The position numbers were made by a program, and so were the translations under genes. A stretch of DNA of 59,184 nt, the filler included. It is 5 parts of 5 records of this genome, joined end to end, with 100 filler letters (N's around TTAATTAATTAA, not from the genome) between each part and the next. Parts side by side here need not be neighbours in the genome. Positions count along the whole stretch, not along the records: positions 1 to 17,114 come from SRR31156797_7345; 4 more parts are not named here. One strand, written 5' to 3'. Shown here piece by piece: positions 1-11,200 of the stretch (positions are counted from its first letter, which is position 1; each line of letters starts with the position of its first letter). The notes below the pieces were generated by a model. That model made no database searches. It was not told where the DNA came from and was given only the letters and a program-made list of their open reading frames with translations.

Positions 1-819
1 CCAGTCAATTTTACCACCTTCAACCATCATGAAAAATCCTTTTTCATTATTTAATAGTTGAATGCTTTTTTCAGTTATTTGAGCTAATGTTAAATCATTT
101 TCTCGCATATCAATCACAAAGGGCATTGCAGCATCAGATTGCAATCTTTCATGGGTAAAATAAAGTGGTAATTTTGATTGATCTGCATCTAGGAATTCCT
201 TATTTTTTCTTACAATACTTATCTCATTTTCAGTTTCATATAGATCTGGTTGATCTTCATTTTTACCTTTTGGATCTTTAAACCCACCGCCTGCAAATAA
301 ATCAAAACCACTGGTGAACAGCTGTTTACCAATTAAATAATACTGATTGCGTAAATCTGCATTAGCATAAAATGCTGCAGGAGTAGCATGATCAATTGAA
401 ACCGAGGAAATTATACCTACTTTCATTCCTGCTTCTTTTGCTTTATGGGCAATACTCTTATAATTTTTCGATCTATCAGCTGATTTTCCAATGGTATTAA
501 TACTCGTTTTATATCCGGTTGAAAGTGCTGTACCGGCAGCTGCTGATCCTGTAACAAATCGATTTTCAGCAAAAGTATAAGCCCAACCATGTGCATTTAA
601 TCTACTTTGATAAAGTTGTTGCATCCCTTTGGTGTTATTTAACTGCGCTAAATATGCTTCAGTTAAACTTAATTGAGCCAATGACACACCGTCTCCTATA
701 AAATAAAATACATACTTTGCTCTTTGATCTTTAGAAGAACTATTACTTGCACATGCATTAAATAGAAAAGCAGCAATTGTTAATGCTGCTAAAATTTTAA
801 TTATTTTCATTTTATTCAT
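1..819 (-). CDS. Alkaline phosphatase, lipoprotein (3' end runs off the window)
   Basis: Not in the ORF track; translated by hand: MNKMKIIKILAALTIAAFLFNAC (lipobox-like) ... KYVFYFIGDG ... FVTGSAAAGTALSTG ... SIDHATPAAFYA ... LFAGGG. These are alkaline phosphatase motifs. Alternative start at 810. Confidence 0.9.
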   Translation of the reverse strand, partial: MNKMKIIKILAALTIAAFLFNACASNSSSKDQRAKYVFYFIGDGVSLAQLSLTEAYLAQLNNTKGMQQLYQSRLNAHGWAYTFAENRFVTGSAAAGTALSTGYKTSINTIGKSADRSKNYKSIAHKAKEAGMKVGIISSVSIDHATPAAFYANADLRNQYYLIGKQLFTSGFDLFAGGGFKDPKGKNEDQPDLYETENEISIVRKNKEFLDADQSKLPLYFTHERLQSDAAMPFVIDMRENDLTLAQITEKSIQLLNNEKGFFMMVEGGKIDW

Positions 820-837
820 TTTTTTACTTTTTCCTAA

Positions 838-1308
838 CTACCTAACAAACCTCCCAAAGTTTTTGGCCTTCAGGTTTGTTAATTTTACTTTAAATATGCA
901 AACCTGTTTAACTGCTGGTTCATTATATTCAAAGTCTTTGTCTACATATTGTTTCATTACAATATTCAATGCATCAACCTTCTGATCATAATCTTCAATA
1001 AACTCTACAACTCCCTCTGCTACAATACTTTTATAATTCATACCATATGAGCAGGCAACATGATCATCGCGATGGTATAAACTATGATCAGTACTCATCG
1101 TAATACACACATTGGGATTATTATGTAGAATATCCATCTTTTTTCCATTTGGATCGCCATGGAAATATATGACTCCATCTTTGTATCCAAAATTCATCAT
1201 AACCACATAGGGCTTTCCATCCTTATCAACCATTGACATTGCACAGCTATCACAATTTTTGATAATATCTTCTTGTTCCTCTTTTTTTTCAATCCAAACT
1301 GTAGGCAT
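838..1308 (-). CDS. Pyridoxamine 5'-phosphate oxidase-like / NimA-family flavin-binding protein
   Basis: PYVVMMNFGY, IYFHG, GKKMDILHNNPNVC and YKSIVAEG match the split-barrel FMN-binding family. Confidence 0.8.
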   Translation of the reverse strand: MPTVWIEKKEEQEDIIKNCDSCAMSMVDKDGKPYVVMMNFGYKDGVIYFHGDPNGKKMDILHNNPNVCITMSTDHSLYHRDDHVACSYGMNYKSIVAEGVVEFIEDYDQKVDALNIVMKQYVDKDFEYNEPAVKQVCIFKVKLTNLKAKNFGRFVR

Positions 1309-1511
1309 AGTAATATTTCTTATAAGTTAAATCTTTGCAACCTTATTGTAATTATATTAATTTCTATATAGCCATTAAAAAAGAATTCAGAATACAAAAA
1401 TCAGAATTTTAATCTGTTAATCTGATTTCTGTTCAGCAATTTCTTTCTATAGATTTTAAGATTTATGGTAAATAATTCAATTTTTAATATTCAAAGCATA
1501 AATAATTATTC

Positions 1512-3725
1512 TTATTCGATGATAGTTTTTTCATTTCGCGAATTAACAAATAAAATATCACCCATGGAATCATAACCCATGAAGATTTTTTTGCCATCGT
1601 GTTTTACTTGTTCTTCTAAAAACCCAATAATGACAAGACCTGCATCCTGCGATTTACGCTCAATAAGCTCTCTTTGCGTTGTATCTTGCGGAATTTCAAT
1701 ACTTTCAATGTTTTTAGCAGCTATTGGAAGTCTTCCCTGCTCTACGATTTTTAATATTTCATCTCTTGCCTCTTCTTTTTCTCCGTGCTTTACAATGTTG
1801 TAAATACTAATTTTGGCACCTTCCCATGAAGGGTGTGCTGATATAATATAACTTAATAAAATCATTTCGTTGGCATTATCCACATCGGTTGCTTTTATCC
1901 ACACATGTATACCGCTTTTATGATTTACAGGTCTTAATGTTGAACTATATAAGCAAATATCAAATCTCCCTGCTTTTGCTAAAGGCATATTCTCCACAAT
2001 TGCCTGCATATTTTCATCATCGGATCTTAATGACTCAAATACTACCATGTTATTATCCATTCCTGAAATACCTGGTAATTGTATAGCTTGAGCTACAGCA
2101 GAAGTATAAGATGGTGATATCATAGTGTCCACATAAACAGCACTGTTTTTTTGGTCAATTATTTCTACAAGTTTTTCAAGCTCTTTTGATGCTTCATCTG
2201 CAAGTTTTGAAGAAAAATAGCCATGTTTCATATGAATATAAGTACCAAAACCATATTTCCAGGCAATCCAGTTCATAAATTCTAACGCTTTTTGCCTGTG
2301 AAATGAATCGCTGCTAATACAAATAGCAGATGGGCGCCATTCCATTTTCTTGCGTGATTTATAGTTCTTTTGCATATAAACCTGCAAGCGACGATTTAAT
2401 TGGAAAAATGCCCCTTTAAATATGTCCTCCATTCCTCTCCTGTGCTTATGGATGCTATTAATATACAAATAAAGTACACCTATAGTAATAATGGCAGCCA
2501 GCGCATAAAAAACATCAATTCTAAACATTAACCAAACCGCCATTACAAATCCAATCAATGAAATATACCAGCGACTTTTAAATGAAGGTCTGTATGATGG
2601 AGCTGAACCAAAATGATTAAGGAAGGAAATCAATGAAAGTGAACCGTAGGTTACCATAAAAAACATTGTAATAATTTGGGCGACAATATCTACATCTCCT
2701 AATATTACAAAGACCATTGCAATTAATACTGTCACTAATGACGCATTAAACGGTTCACCATCTTTTTTTCGTGTTGCAGCAAGTAGTCCATTTGCCCTAG
2801 CCCAAGGTAATGATCTATCTTCTGATAAAGCTTGTATGGTTCTTGGAGCAACCATCACTGATCCTAAAGCTGATGATATAGTTGATGCTGCCAGTCCCAA
2901 TGGAATAATAATATATCCATAAGGGGCAATTTGCGACATAATTAGCTGGTCTTCAATCAATGCATCCGGAGAGGCTGAACTAGACATCTTCCACGCAAGA
3001 ATAATATAAATGATTAAACCACTAAATGTGGCAGCAATGGTTCCAAGCGGTATACTCTTCCCCGGTTTTTTTAAATCTCCTGATAATCCAACACCCGCAG
3101 TCATTCCGGTAAAAGCTGGAAAAATAATCGCAAAAACAATAAAAAAGTTATCACTGTTTTTAAATGAAATATTCTCGCTAAAGTATGAAGTATCCCCTCC
3201 TATAGGTGATCCGGCGAATAATAATCCTAATGCTACAAATAATATTGCTACAACAATGTATAATGCTTTCACACCTAAATTGGCACCTTTTTTTAATATC
3301 AAAAATGATAATAAAAGCATTGCCGGTACAGAAATAACCTGTCTGGGTAATACAATATCATAGGTATTCTTAAACCAATCAAATAATGGCGAAAAAGCTT
3401 CGGTAAATGCAATAACATAAAATGCAACGCTAATAGCTTGACTTAAAAAAAGGGCCAACCCTATTGTAGCTCCAATATTGAGTCCAAATGACCGGCTAAT
3501 GATAAAATACTCCCCACCGCCCTGAACTCGCTTATTTGTGGCTATTTCTGATATTGCAAGCGATGTAGGAATTGTGACCAGGTGTCCAATTAAAACAATT
3601 ATAATTACACCCCAAAAACCTAACGTTCCAACTGCATAGCCGAAGCGAAGGAATAATATAGCTCCCAAAATAGTGCTAATGGCCGTAAAAAATACTGGTG
3701 CAGTTCCAAATTTACCGTTGTTCAT
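1512..3725 (-). CDS. APC-superfamily permease of the SLC12 (cation-chloride cotransporter)-like type
   Basis: About 12 TM helices with ILGAILFLRFG, GGGEYFIISRSFG, FPAFTGMTAG, SGDLKKPGKSIPLGT and YRPSFK, plus a large C-terminal cytoplasmic domain starting at WRPS. Confidence 0.85.
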   Translation of the reverse strand: MNNGKFGTAPVFFTAISTILGAILFLRFGYAVGTLGFWGVIIIVLIGHLVTIPTSLAISEIATNKRVQGGGEYFIISRSFGLNIGATIGLALFLSQAISVAFYVIAFTEAFSPLFDWFKNTYDIVLPRQVISVPAMLLLSFLILKKGANLGVKALYIVVAILFVALGLLFAGSPIGGDTSYFSENISFKNSDNFFIVFAIIFPAFTGMTAGVGLSGDLKKPGKSIPLGTIAATFSGLIIYIILAWKMSSSASPDALIEDQLIMSQIAPYGYIIIPLGLAASTISSALGSVMVAPRTIQALSEDRSLPWARANGLLAATRKKDGEPFNASLVTVLIAMVFVILGDVDIVAQIITMFFMVTYGSLSLISFLNHFGSAPSYRPSFKSRWYISLIGFVMAVWLMFRIDVFYALAAIITIGVLYLYINSIHKHRRGMEDIFKGAFFQLNRRLQVYMQKNYKSRKKMEWRPSAICISSDSFHRQKALEFMNWIAWKYGFGTYIHMKHGYFSSKLADEASKELEKLVEIIDQKNSAVYVDTMISPSYTSAVAQAIQLPGISGMDNNMVVFESLRSDDENMQAIVENMPLAKAGRFDICLYSSTLRPVNHKSGIHVWIKATDVDNANEMILLSYIISAHPSWEGAKISIYNIVKHGEKEEARDEILKIVEQGRLPIAAKNIESIEIPQDTTQRELIERKSQDAGLVIIGFLEEQVKHDGKKIFMGYDSMGDILFVNSRNEKTIIE

Positions 3726-3728
3726 AAA

Positions 3729-6700
3729 TTATAGTTTAAAGCCAACAATAGTAACATCATCTATTTGTTCTTCAGTTCCTTTCCATTTTTCAAAATGAGT
3801 AATTAAATCATCTTTCTGTTCCTCCATTGGTTTGGCTGATATGGAAAGTAATAAATCTTTAAATCGAGCTCTTTTAAACTTTTTACCATTTTCACCATTA
3901 AACTGGTCCGGATATCCATCAGTAAACAAGTATATTTGATCTCCTGGTTTAAATTGCATTTCCTTTTGCTCAAACTCCTTCATTTTTAGATAAATAGAAA
4001 TTGGCGCCTTATCAGAATTATACTCAACTAAATCTCCATCTCGTATCAGTACAAGCGTATTTCTTGCACCTGCAAAACTTGCTGATAAGTTATTCATGTC
4101 TATAGCTATTAAGGCCATATCCATTCCGTCTTTTTGGACTCCTTTTTCCATTTTTTGATCTAACACAGCAATTACTTCTTGTCTCAGATTATTAAGTATA
4201 TCAGCAGGTCTGTAGCATTTATCTTTTACTACAATTTCTCGAAGAAATGATATTCCCAACATACTCATTAATGCTCCGGGAACTCCGTGTCCTGTGCAAT
4301 CAGCAACGGTAGCAATTAATTTATTATCAACTTTGGTCCACCAATAAAAGTCTCCGCTAATTCTCTCCTTGGGGCGGAAAAATATAAATTGATCTTGAAG
4401 TTCATTTATTTTGCCCATAGGCATCATGCTTTTCTGTATAAAATGGGCATATTCGATGCTCTCCATCAGATCTTTGTGTACAATCTCTAGTTGATTTTTC
4501 TTAGATTCAATTTCATTGCGCTGAGCAAGAATCTCCTCAGTTTGTTGCAGTAATTCTTCATTCTTCTCAGTTACTTCTGAAGTGCGCTCATTTACAATTT
4601 TTTCAAGTTCTTTTTGTCTATATTTATAACTCCTGATACGCCATTGGTACCCAATATAAAGAACAAGCAATCCAATGACAACGGCCAAAATCCTAAACCA
4701 TAATGTTTTCCACCACGGAGGTAAAATACTGAATTCAAATTTAGCTTCATCGCTGCTTAAACCTTTAGCATTAAATGCCCTTACTCTAAAGACATAATGT
4801 CCTGGTTCTAAGTTGCTATAAGTGTTTTTATACTGGTCTGTTAATGGGTTCCAAAATTCCTCGTAACCATCCAAAACAAATTGATACTTAAGGTTTTCAG
4901 GATTTAACCAGTCTAATCCATTAAAATTAAAGGTTATATGATTGACTTCGTGGCTTAATTCAAGGTTTTGTGGTAAATAGCTCCAGGGCGTAACTCCCTC
5001 AAATTGTATCATTGGTTCTTTCCCAAAAGACATTTTACTGGCTATTTGCCTGGCAGGAGAATTATCATTATTTCCAAACCAATTAACTGATTCATAAAAT
5101 AAATCAACGGAAGTTATTTGTATTCCAGGTTTTAATGTATCATGAAATTCTTTTGAGCCATCTAAGCGCGTAATCAATTTCCCGGTTCCTAACCAAATAT
5201 TTCCAAAGTGATCAACTTCCATCGAATTATTTGCAAAGATATCACCACCTATAAAACCTTGTTGATAGCCATAATTATCTACATAATAGTTAATTCCAAA
5301 AACATTAATAGTCGGGATATTGAAATCCTGATGTTGATATAATGAAAATTTAGATACTCCGTGTTTTGTTCCAACCCAAATATCTTTTCCATTTACGCTG
5401 GCAAAATTTAAAATCTGATTGCTATTTAATCCATGTTCCTTTCCAATTATTTTAATATTGTCTTTTAAATGCTTACATAAATCTCTGCTAAGCTCAATAT
5501 AATCTTGATGAGCCAATACTTTGAATATATTTTTTACAATTCCTGATGGAATTATATTTATTTTATCATTGGTTGCCAACCAAATATTACCAGTTTTATC
5601 TTCAAAAATATCATAAATAGTATTTGAGCTCAATCCTTGATCTAGGTTGAGATGAATGAATTTATCATTTACAAAAACAGCCAATCCACTATTTTTTGAA
5701 CCAATCCAAAGACTTCCATAACGATCTTCTTGTAAACTAATTATTTCATTGAGCAATAGGCCTTGTTTTTCACCAAATTGAAATACTGTATCATGATGTA
5801 TTAAATTTAATCCACCGTAAGTACCGACCCATAATCCTTTTCCGTTAGAAAATAAAGTATTGACTTCATCATGAAATAAACCATTTTCGGAATTATAGGT
5901 AACAACTAGATTGTCTTTTATTTTAGAAACTCCACCACCTTCAGTTGCAAACCACAAGGCTCCATTATAAAAAGTTAGATCCCATATGGTATTATTACTT
6001 ATTCCGTTTGAGTTATCCCATGAATAAACATTATTACCATCATATTTCATAAGTCCATTCCCCCAACTTCCAATCCACATATTTTGTTTCTCATCTTCAG
6101 CAAATGAAAGTGCGATATTATCTGTTAACCCCTGATCTTTAGACAAATATTGCAAAAGACCTCCATCATACTTCATCAATCCTCCCCCAAATGACGCAAT
6201 CCAATAATTACCTGAAGGATCATCAATAATGTCCCAAACAATATCGTTTGTTAAGCCATGTTTTGTAGTGATTTGACTGAAAGAAGTTCCGTTATACTTT
6301 ATAATTCCTCCACCGTCTGTACCAAACCAGAGATTATGATCAGCGTCAATATTTACAGAAAAGATTTCGGTTGATTCAATACCCTGATCTAATGCATATT
6401 GATAAAAATATTTACCATCAAACTTAATTATTCCCTCACCAAAGGTACCCATCCACACATTGTCATATTGATCTATATTTAAAGCCCAAATGGCAGAAGT
6501 TGGTAGTCCATTTACAATACCGTATTGGAAAAAACTAATCCCATCAAACATGATAACTCCCATATTGAAAGTTCCTATCCATAGCTCATTATTTTGCCCT
6601 ATTGCTATATCATAAATTTGCCTTACATCCAGGCCTTGTTTTAGTCCATAAACCTCTAATGTATTATTATAAATAGCAGATAATCCATCATCAGAACCAA

Positions 6701-7475
6701 TCCAGATTCGACCTTCTTTATCTTCAACAATAGATCTGATTTTATTTCCGGGTAAGCCTGTTTCAGTAGTATAGTGATGAAATTCTGCGCCATTATAACA
6801 GATTAAACCGTTATCAAAAGTACCTATCCAGATTCTGTTTTTACTATCAATAAATAATTCTAGTATATCATTTGATGGTAATCCCTGGTCCGTTGAATAT
6901 TGTCGAAAAAACTTACCATCGTAGGCAATTACTCCTGCCCCATTTGTTCCCATCCAGATTGTACCTAAATCATCTGTTTCCAATGCCATGATATAGGATG
7001 AGAACAATCCCTGTGCAATATCAAAATATTTCAAATTAATGGTTGCTTCTTCTTTATAAAGCGGTTTTCCTGATTCAATTGATTTGGGTATTTTTATTTT
7101 TAACTTTTTAACTGTACCATATTGAATTTTAGAAGTATCAAAGCTTTCAGAAACATAATTAAGTATATATTTAGTAGGAATTTCAGTACTTTTAATTCCA
7201 CTATTCACTAAAGGACTATTAATGACATGCTGTTTATGAGGTAATTGTGTTTTAATGATTCCTTTCTCTCCAATTAATTGAGATTTTCCCGGAATAATCT
7301 TTCTCACACCCATAAATGGCGAGATATGAGGGCTAGATAGCATTTTAATATGAGGATATTTTACCCCATACTGTCCCGGAATGAATTTTACTATTGAATC
7401 CTTATGAAATTCATTTACCTGTGCGACAGTTATTTGAAATATAATAAGAAAAAAAACTACAAGAGGAAACCTCAT
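3729..7475 (-). CDS. Membrane sensor phosphatase: periplasmic beta-propeller repeats + Y_Y_Y + TM + SpoIIE (PP2C) domain
   Basis: Signal peptide, repeated D..G.IWIGT..GL motifs, YSNLEPGHYVFRV, PPWW-TM, SGDFYW, ADCTGHGVPGA, FTDGYPDQ, QIDDVT. Confidence 0.9.
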   Translation of the reverse strand: MRFPLVVFFLIIFQITVAQVNEFHKDSIVKFIPGQYGVKYPHIKMLSSPHISPFMGVRKIIPGKSQLIGEKGIIKTQLPHKQHVINSPLVNSGIKSTEIPTKYILNYVSESFDTSKIQYGTVKKLKIKIPKSIESGKPLYKEEATINLKYFDIAQGLFSSYIMALETDDLGTIWMGTNGAGVIAYDGKFFRQYSTDQGLPSNDILELFIDSKNRIWIGTFDNGLICYNGAEFHHYTTETGLPGNKIRSIVEDKEGRIWIGSDDGLSAIYNNTLEVYGLKQGLDVRQIYDIAIGQNNELWIGTFNMGVIMFDGISFFQYGIVNGLPTSAIWALNIDQYDNVWMGTFGEGIIKFDGKYFYQYALDQGIESTEIFSVNIDADHNLWFGTDGGGIIKYNGTSFSQITTKHGLTNDIVWDIIDDPSGNYWIASFGGGLMKYDGGLLQYLSKDQGLTDNIALSFAEDEKQNMWIGSWGNGLMKYDGNNVYSWDNSNGISNNTIWDLTFYNGALWFATEGGGVSKIKDNLVVTYNSENGLFHDEVNTLFSNGKGLWVGTYGGLNLIHHDTVFQFGEKQGLLLNEIISLQEDRYGSLWIGSKNSGLAVFVNDKFIHLNLDQGLSSNTIYDIFEDKTGNIWLATNDKINIIPSGIVKNIFKVLAHQDYIELSRDLCKHLKDNIKIIGKEHGLNSNQILNFASVNGKDIWVGTKHGVSKFSLYQHQDFNIPTINVFGINYYVDNYGYQQGFIGGDIFANNSMEVDHFGNIWLGTGKLITRLDGSKEFHDTLKPGIQITSVDLFYESVNWFGNNDNSPARQIASKMSFGKEPMIQFEGVTPWSYLPQNLELSHEVNHITFNFNGLDWLNPENLKYQFVLDGYEEFWNPLTDQYKNTYSNLEPGHYVFRVRAFNAKGLSSDEAKFEFSILPPWWKTLWFRILAVVIGLLVLYIGYQWRIRSYKYRQKELEKIVNERTSEVTEKNEELLQQTEEILAQRNEIESKKNQLEIVHKDLMESIEYAHFIQKSMMPMGKINELQDQFIFFRPKERISGDFYWWTKVDNKLIATVADCTGHGVPGALMSMLGISFLREIVVKDKCYRPADILNNLRQEVIAVLDQKMEKGVQKDGMDMALIAIDMNNLSASFAGARNTLVLIRDGDLVEYNSDKAPISIYLKMKEFEQKEMQFKPGDQIYLFTDGYPDQFNGENGKKFKRARFKDLLLSISAKPMEEQKDDLITHFEKWKGTEEQIDDVTIVGFKL

Positions 7476-7569
7476 AATTCGGATTTTTAATCTTTATAAA
7501 AATACAAAATTTAGGGAAATATTGATATAAGGATTAAACTTTGCTAACAGATACGCACAAATAATTTGT

Positions 7570-7577
7570 TATCTTTG
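7570..7577 (+). promoter_or_regulatory. Bacteroidota -7 promoter element (TAnnTTTG)
   Basis: TATCTTTG 37 nt upstream of the ATG at 7615. Confidence 0.55.
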
Positions 7578-7614
7578 GATAAGCTCAATTTTATTCTCCT
7601 CTAAACGCTATAAT

Positions 7615-8247
7615 ATGAAGTTAAAATTTCTGCCTTTTTTAATCATCCTAATGATATTTGCAAATCAATTTTCCTTTGCACAAGATACGCTAATGCTTGA
7701 AAATATAAATCATTTTAATAAAAAGCTTGACGAAATCAATTATCGTCTAAAACAATCTAATAATCAATTGATTAATAAAGTTGATGATAATTTACAAAAA
7801 AACGATTCATTTATTAATCTCAATATGAAACAATTAGACCGAATTTTCAACGAAATTAAACTTAATGCGGAAGCTGAAAGCAATGAAATTAGGCTATTAG
7901 AAAAGAAAATTCTGGATATGCATCAAAAAGAAATGGAAATAAATCAATGGCATACAATTATTTACGCTATTATGATTGTTATGATTGCCCTGCTAATTGT
8001 AATAAATCTTCAAACTCGGAAAAACACTGTAAACTACTTAATGTCTGAAACAAATAAACTATCTGACAATCAAGAGGATATTAAAGAAAAAGCCAACGAT
8101 TTATATGAATTAAGTATGCAAATATCAGATGGTATAATAAAGCAGAAAAAGGCCATAAAAAAACAGGAGAAATCATTACAAACTTCCCAAAAAACAATCA
8201 TAGGAAAATTAATTCCTAAGAAATCGAAAAACAAAAAGAAGAAATAA
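7615..8247 (+). CDS. Hypothetical membrane protein (signal peptide, coiled coil, one TM helix, Lys-rich tail)
   Basis: 210-aa ORF with a hydrophobic N-terminus, TM segment TIIYAIMIVMIALLIVI and an upstream promoter element. Confidence 0.7.
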   Translation: MKLKFLPFLIILMIFANQFSFAQDTLMLENINHFNKKLDEINYRLKQSNNQLINKVDDNLQKNDSFINLNMKQLDRIFNEIKLNAEAESNEIRLLEKKILDMHQKEMEINQWHTIIYAIMIVMIALLIVINLQTRKNTVNYLMSETNKLSDNQEDIKEKANDLYELSMQISDGIIKQKKAIKKQEKSLQTSQKTIIGKLIPKKSKNKKKK

Positions 8248-8256
8248 TAATATTCT

Positions 8257-11200
8257 TCAAAACCCTACTCCAACGACAAGGATATCATCAATTTGCTCTC
8301 CTTCACCTTTCCAATTATTTAGCTCTTCTTTAAGGGTTAATCCTTGCTCTTTCATATTTTTCTCACTCGTTTTTACAAGCAAATCTTTAAAACGGGCTGA
8401 TTTATACTTTTTAAGTTTGGATCCTCCGGTTTGATCTATATATCCATCGGAGAAAAGATATATTTTATCACCGGATTCTATTTTAATATACTCATTCTTA
8501 AAAGGCTTCTCAAATCTATGAATTCCAATAGGATTACGGGTTCCTTTATATTCAATAAGCTCACCATTTCTAACCAAAAACAATGGATTATAGGCTCCTG
8601 CATAATTAAGTTCATTTGTATCGATATTAAAACTACAAAATGCCATATCAATACCTTCTCGAATATCAGAAACTTTTCCTTTTTGTTTCAAGTTGTTTTT
8701 AACTTCAATTCGCATTTGTTCCAATACTTCTGCAGCTGAATTTACATCTTTCTTGCGCACGATTTCATTCAATAATGAAATGCCCAACATACTCACAAAT
8801 GCTCCCGGTACGCCATGCCCAGTGCAGTCGGCAACCGCTATTAGGATATTTTGATTGACCTTTCTAATCCAATAAAAATCACCACTTACAATATCACGTG
8901 GTTGAAAAAATACAAAATGCGATGGAAGTAAACTTTCCAGATTTTCTAGTTCAGGAAGCATAGCATTTTGAATCCGACTTGCTGACTGTATACTATCTGT
9001 TACTTGTTTATTTTTATCAATTAATTCTTCGTTTTGAATATTAATTTGTTTATTGGCATCTTTTAAATATTCTGCCTGTGTCAATATCTCCTCTTTTTGC
9101 TGCATAATTTCAGCAGTCCTCTCAGTTACAATTTTTTCAAGTCGTTTCTTGTCAGCTTCTAACCTTTTGGTATAGATTTTAATAATTAGCCATAAAGTAA
9201 ATAAACCAAGTAGAACGTATAAAATAATCATGTACCAACCTAAATACCATGGCGGTGCAACTGAAAAATAATAGCTTGAAGTCTTAGTTTTTAAACCGTA
9301 AATATTTCTTGCCATTACCTGAAAAACATATTCACCGGGCGGTAAATTAGTATATTCTTTTCTTGTATTATTTGACCATTCTGACCATTGGTCTATTTTA
9401 CTTCCAATGAGTCTGTATTTATACTGATTAGCATTTTCATTGTCATAAAATGGCAAAGCAAATTCAAAAGTGACGTTATTATGATCAAAGTCTAATTCAG
9501 GGATGAAGTCTTTGGTTTGATCAGCAATCATAACTTTCTCATTATCTATATTGCTGTAAAAAGAGCCATAAAAAAGAATTGAATCTCTACCTACCTGAAA
9601 TTTTCTTATTAAGGAAGGCCCATTTTCTGAAATAGATTTTTTATTCATTCTAAACTGAAATAGCGATTTAGGTGAAATTATCCACATTAAACTATCACCA
9701 TCAGCAATAAAACTTTCAAAATTTTGAAGACGCTTAAAAGAAATACTATCATAAATGACTTTGCCTTTATCAATCTTGATGCTGGCAATGTTATTCCTTT
9801 GAGCATTATTGTATAGAATCCAATGTTCACTATCACTTACAGAGGTAATTTGAAGTAGTGACTTTCCCTCAGTTTTTTGCCCGATTATAGTTTCTGATTT
9901 TAGAATTTTGTGATTGCCTTCGTCGAACTCAAATAATCCTTTATTAGTAAGAAATTGCAATTTATCTTTTTCCAGTTTAATATTATTTATTTCCAGATTA
10001 TCCGGCATATCTCCGACATTATAATCTATTCTATATTCATCACTATTCAAATCAATATATGCGGGTTTACCATTATCTATTAGCCAAACCTTATCTTGCT
10101 TATCAATTACTCCAATAAATGCATTATAGCCCACAAATAACAGTGTATCTGTATTTGACCATTGTCCGCTCTTGAATTCAAATGAAATTAAATAGCCATC
10201 GTCAACACCAAATAATTTATTAGGATTAGTATTTGATTGATGCAAGAAAAACGGGGTATTTAAATTGATATTAGTAGCTTTGAGACCATCAACTTCCCAA
10301 ACGCCACTGGTAGCGCCAATCATTAATCTCTTTTTATTCCCAATATGCATTGATTTAAGTTCAAAAACTTGTATTGCATCAGTGCCGGATAATTTCGGAA
10401 CACCTATAAATGCATCATTTTTAAGCATAAACAATCCAAGATTTGTGGAAGCGTAAATTTGCTGGTTGTGCCGTCCAACATTATAAATACTTCCTTCTAA
10501 ATTGTTTGATGCATTAAATATAGTTATTGGAGAATTTAATTCCAGTCTTGATATACCATAGGTTAATCCTGCCCAAATTTGCAATTGTCTATCAACAAAC
10601 AAAGTATGTACAGTCTGACTCTGTAAACCTCCATTTTTATCAATTATTTGTACAATTTCACCTGATCTGTTTATTATAGCTATTCCTGCTCGTATAGTAG
10701 CAATTGCATAATAATCTTTATTTATTTGAGATCCTGCGTAGACTTGATTTTTCTTTAGGAATTTATTAGTTGTCTTTATTTTTTCAGCATCAAAATTTTG
10801 TGTTGAGACAAATGGTTCATCTGTTTGAGCGTTGGGATTGTAAACCTGTATTCCATCTCCACTATTACCAATTAAGAAACTTTGTTCATCATAAGGTAAC
10901 ATAAACATTGTCCAAAATGTAGAGCCTCCCGGTAATGGTATTAAACTATCATGAACAATCTCCTGCATTCCCCCTGGTTGTTTAAATACCATTAATTTAC
11001 CTTTGCTTTTATACATCAAAAAGAAATTTCCATTTATTATGGATAATGGGTCTTTACTTGTTTTATCATAGACAAAAAGTGCTGTATTTGAACAAAAATA
11101 TGCTCTTCCATCCATTATAAAAGTTGTCCAGATATCGGAGAAATCTAGCTTAGTAGAGTCTAAATATTTTTTGGCTATTGAAATAAATTCGAGTTTTCCG

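Noticed and set aside
838-1308. nim nitroimidazole-resistance gene
   Set aside because: Only fold-level similarity can be supported; there is no IS element or mobile context.
1380-1435. Short TCAGAA/TTAATCTG repeats as an ncRNA or CRISPR remnant
   Set aside because: Low-complexity imperfect hairpin, probably a terminator region; no repeat-spacer periodicity.
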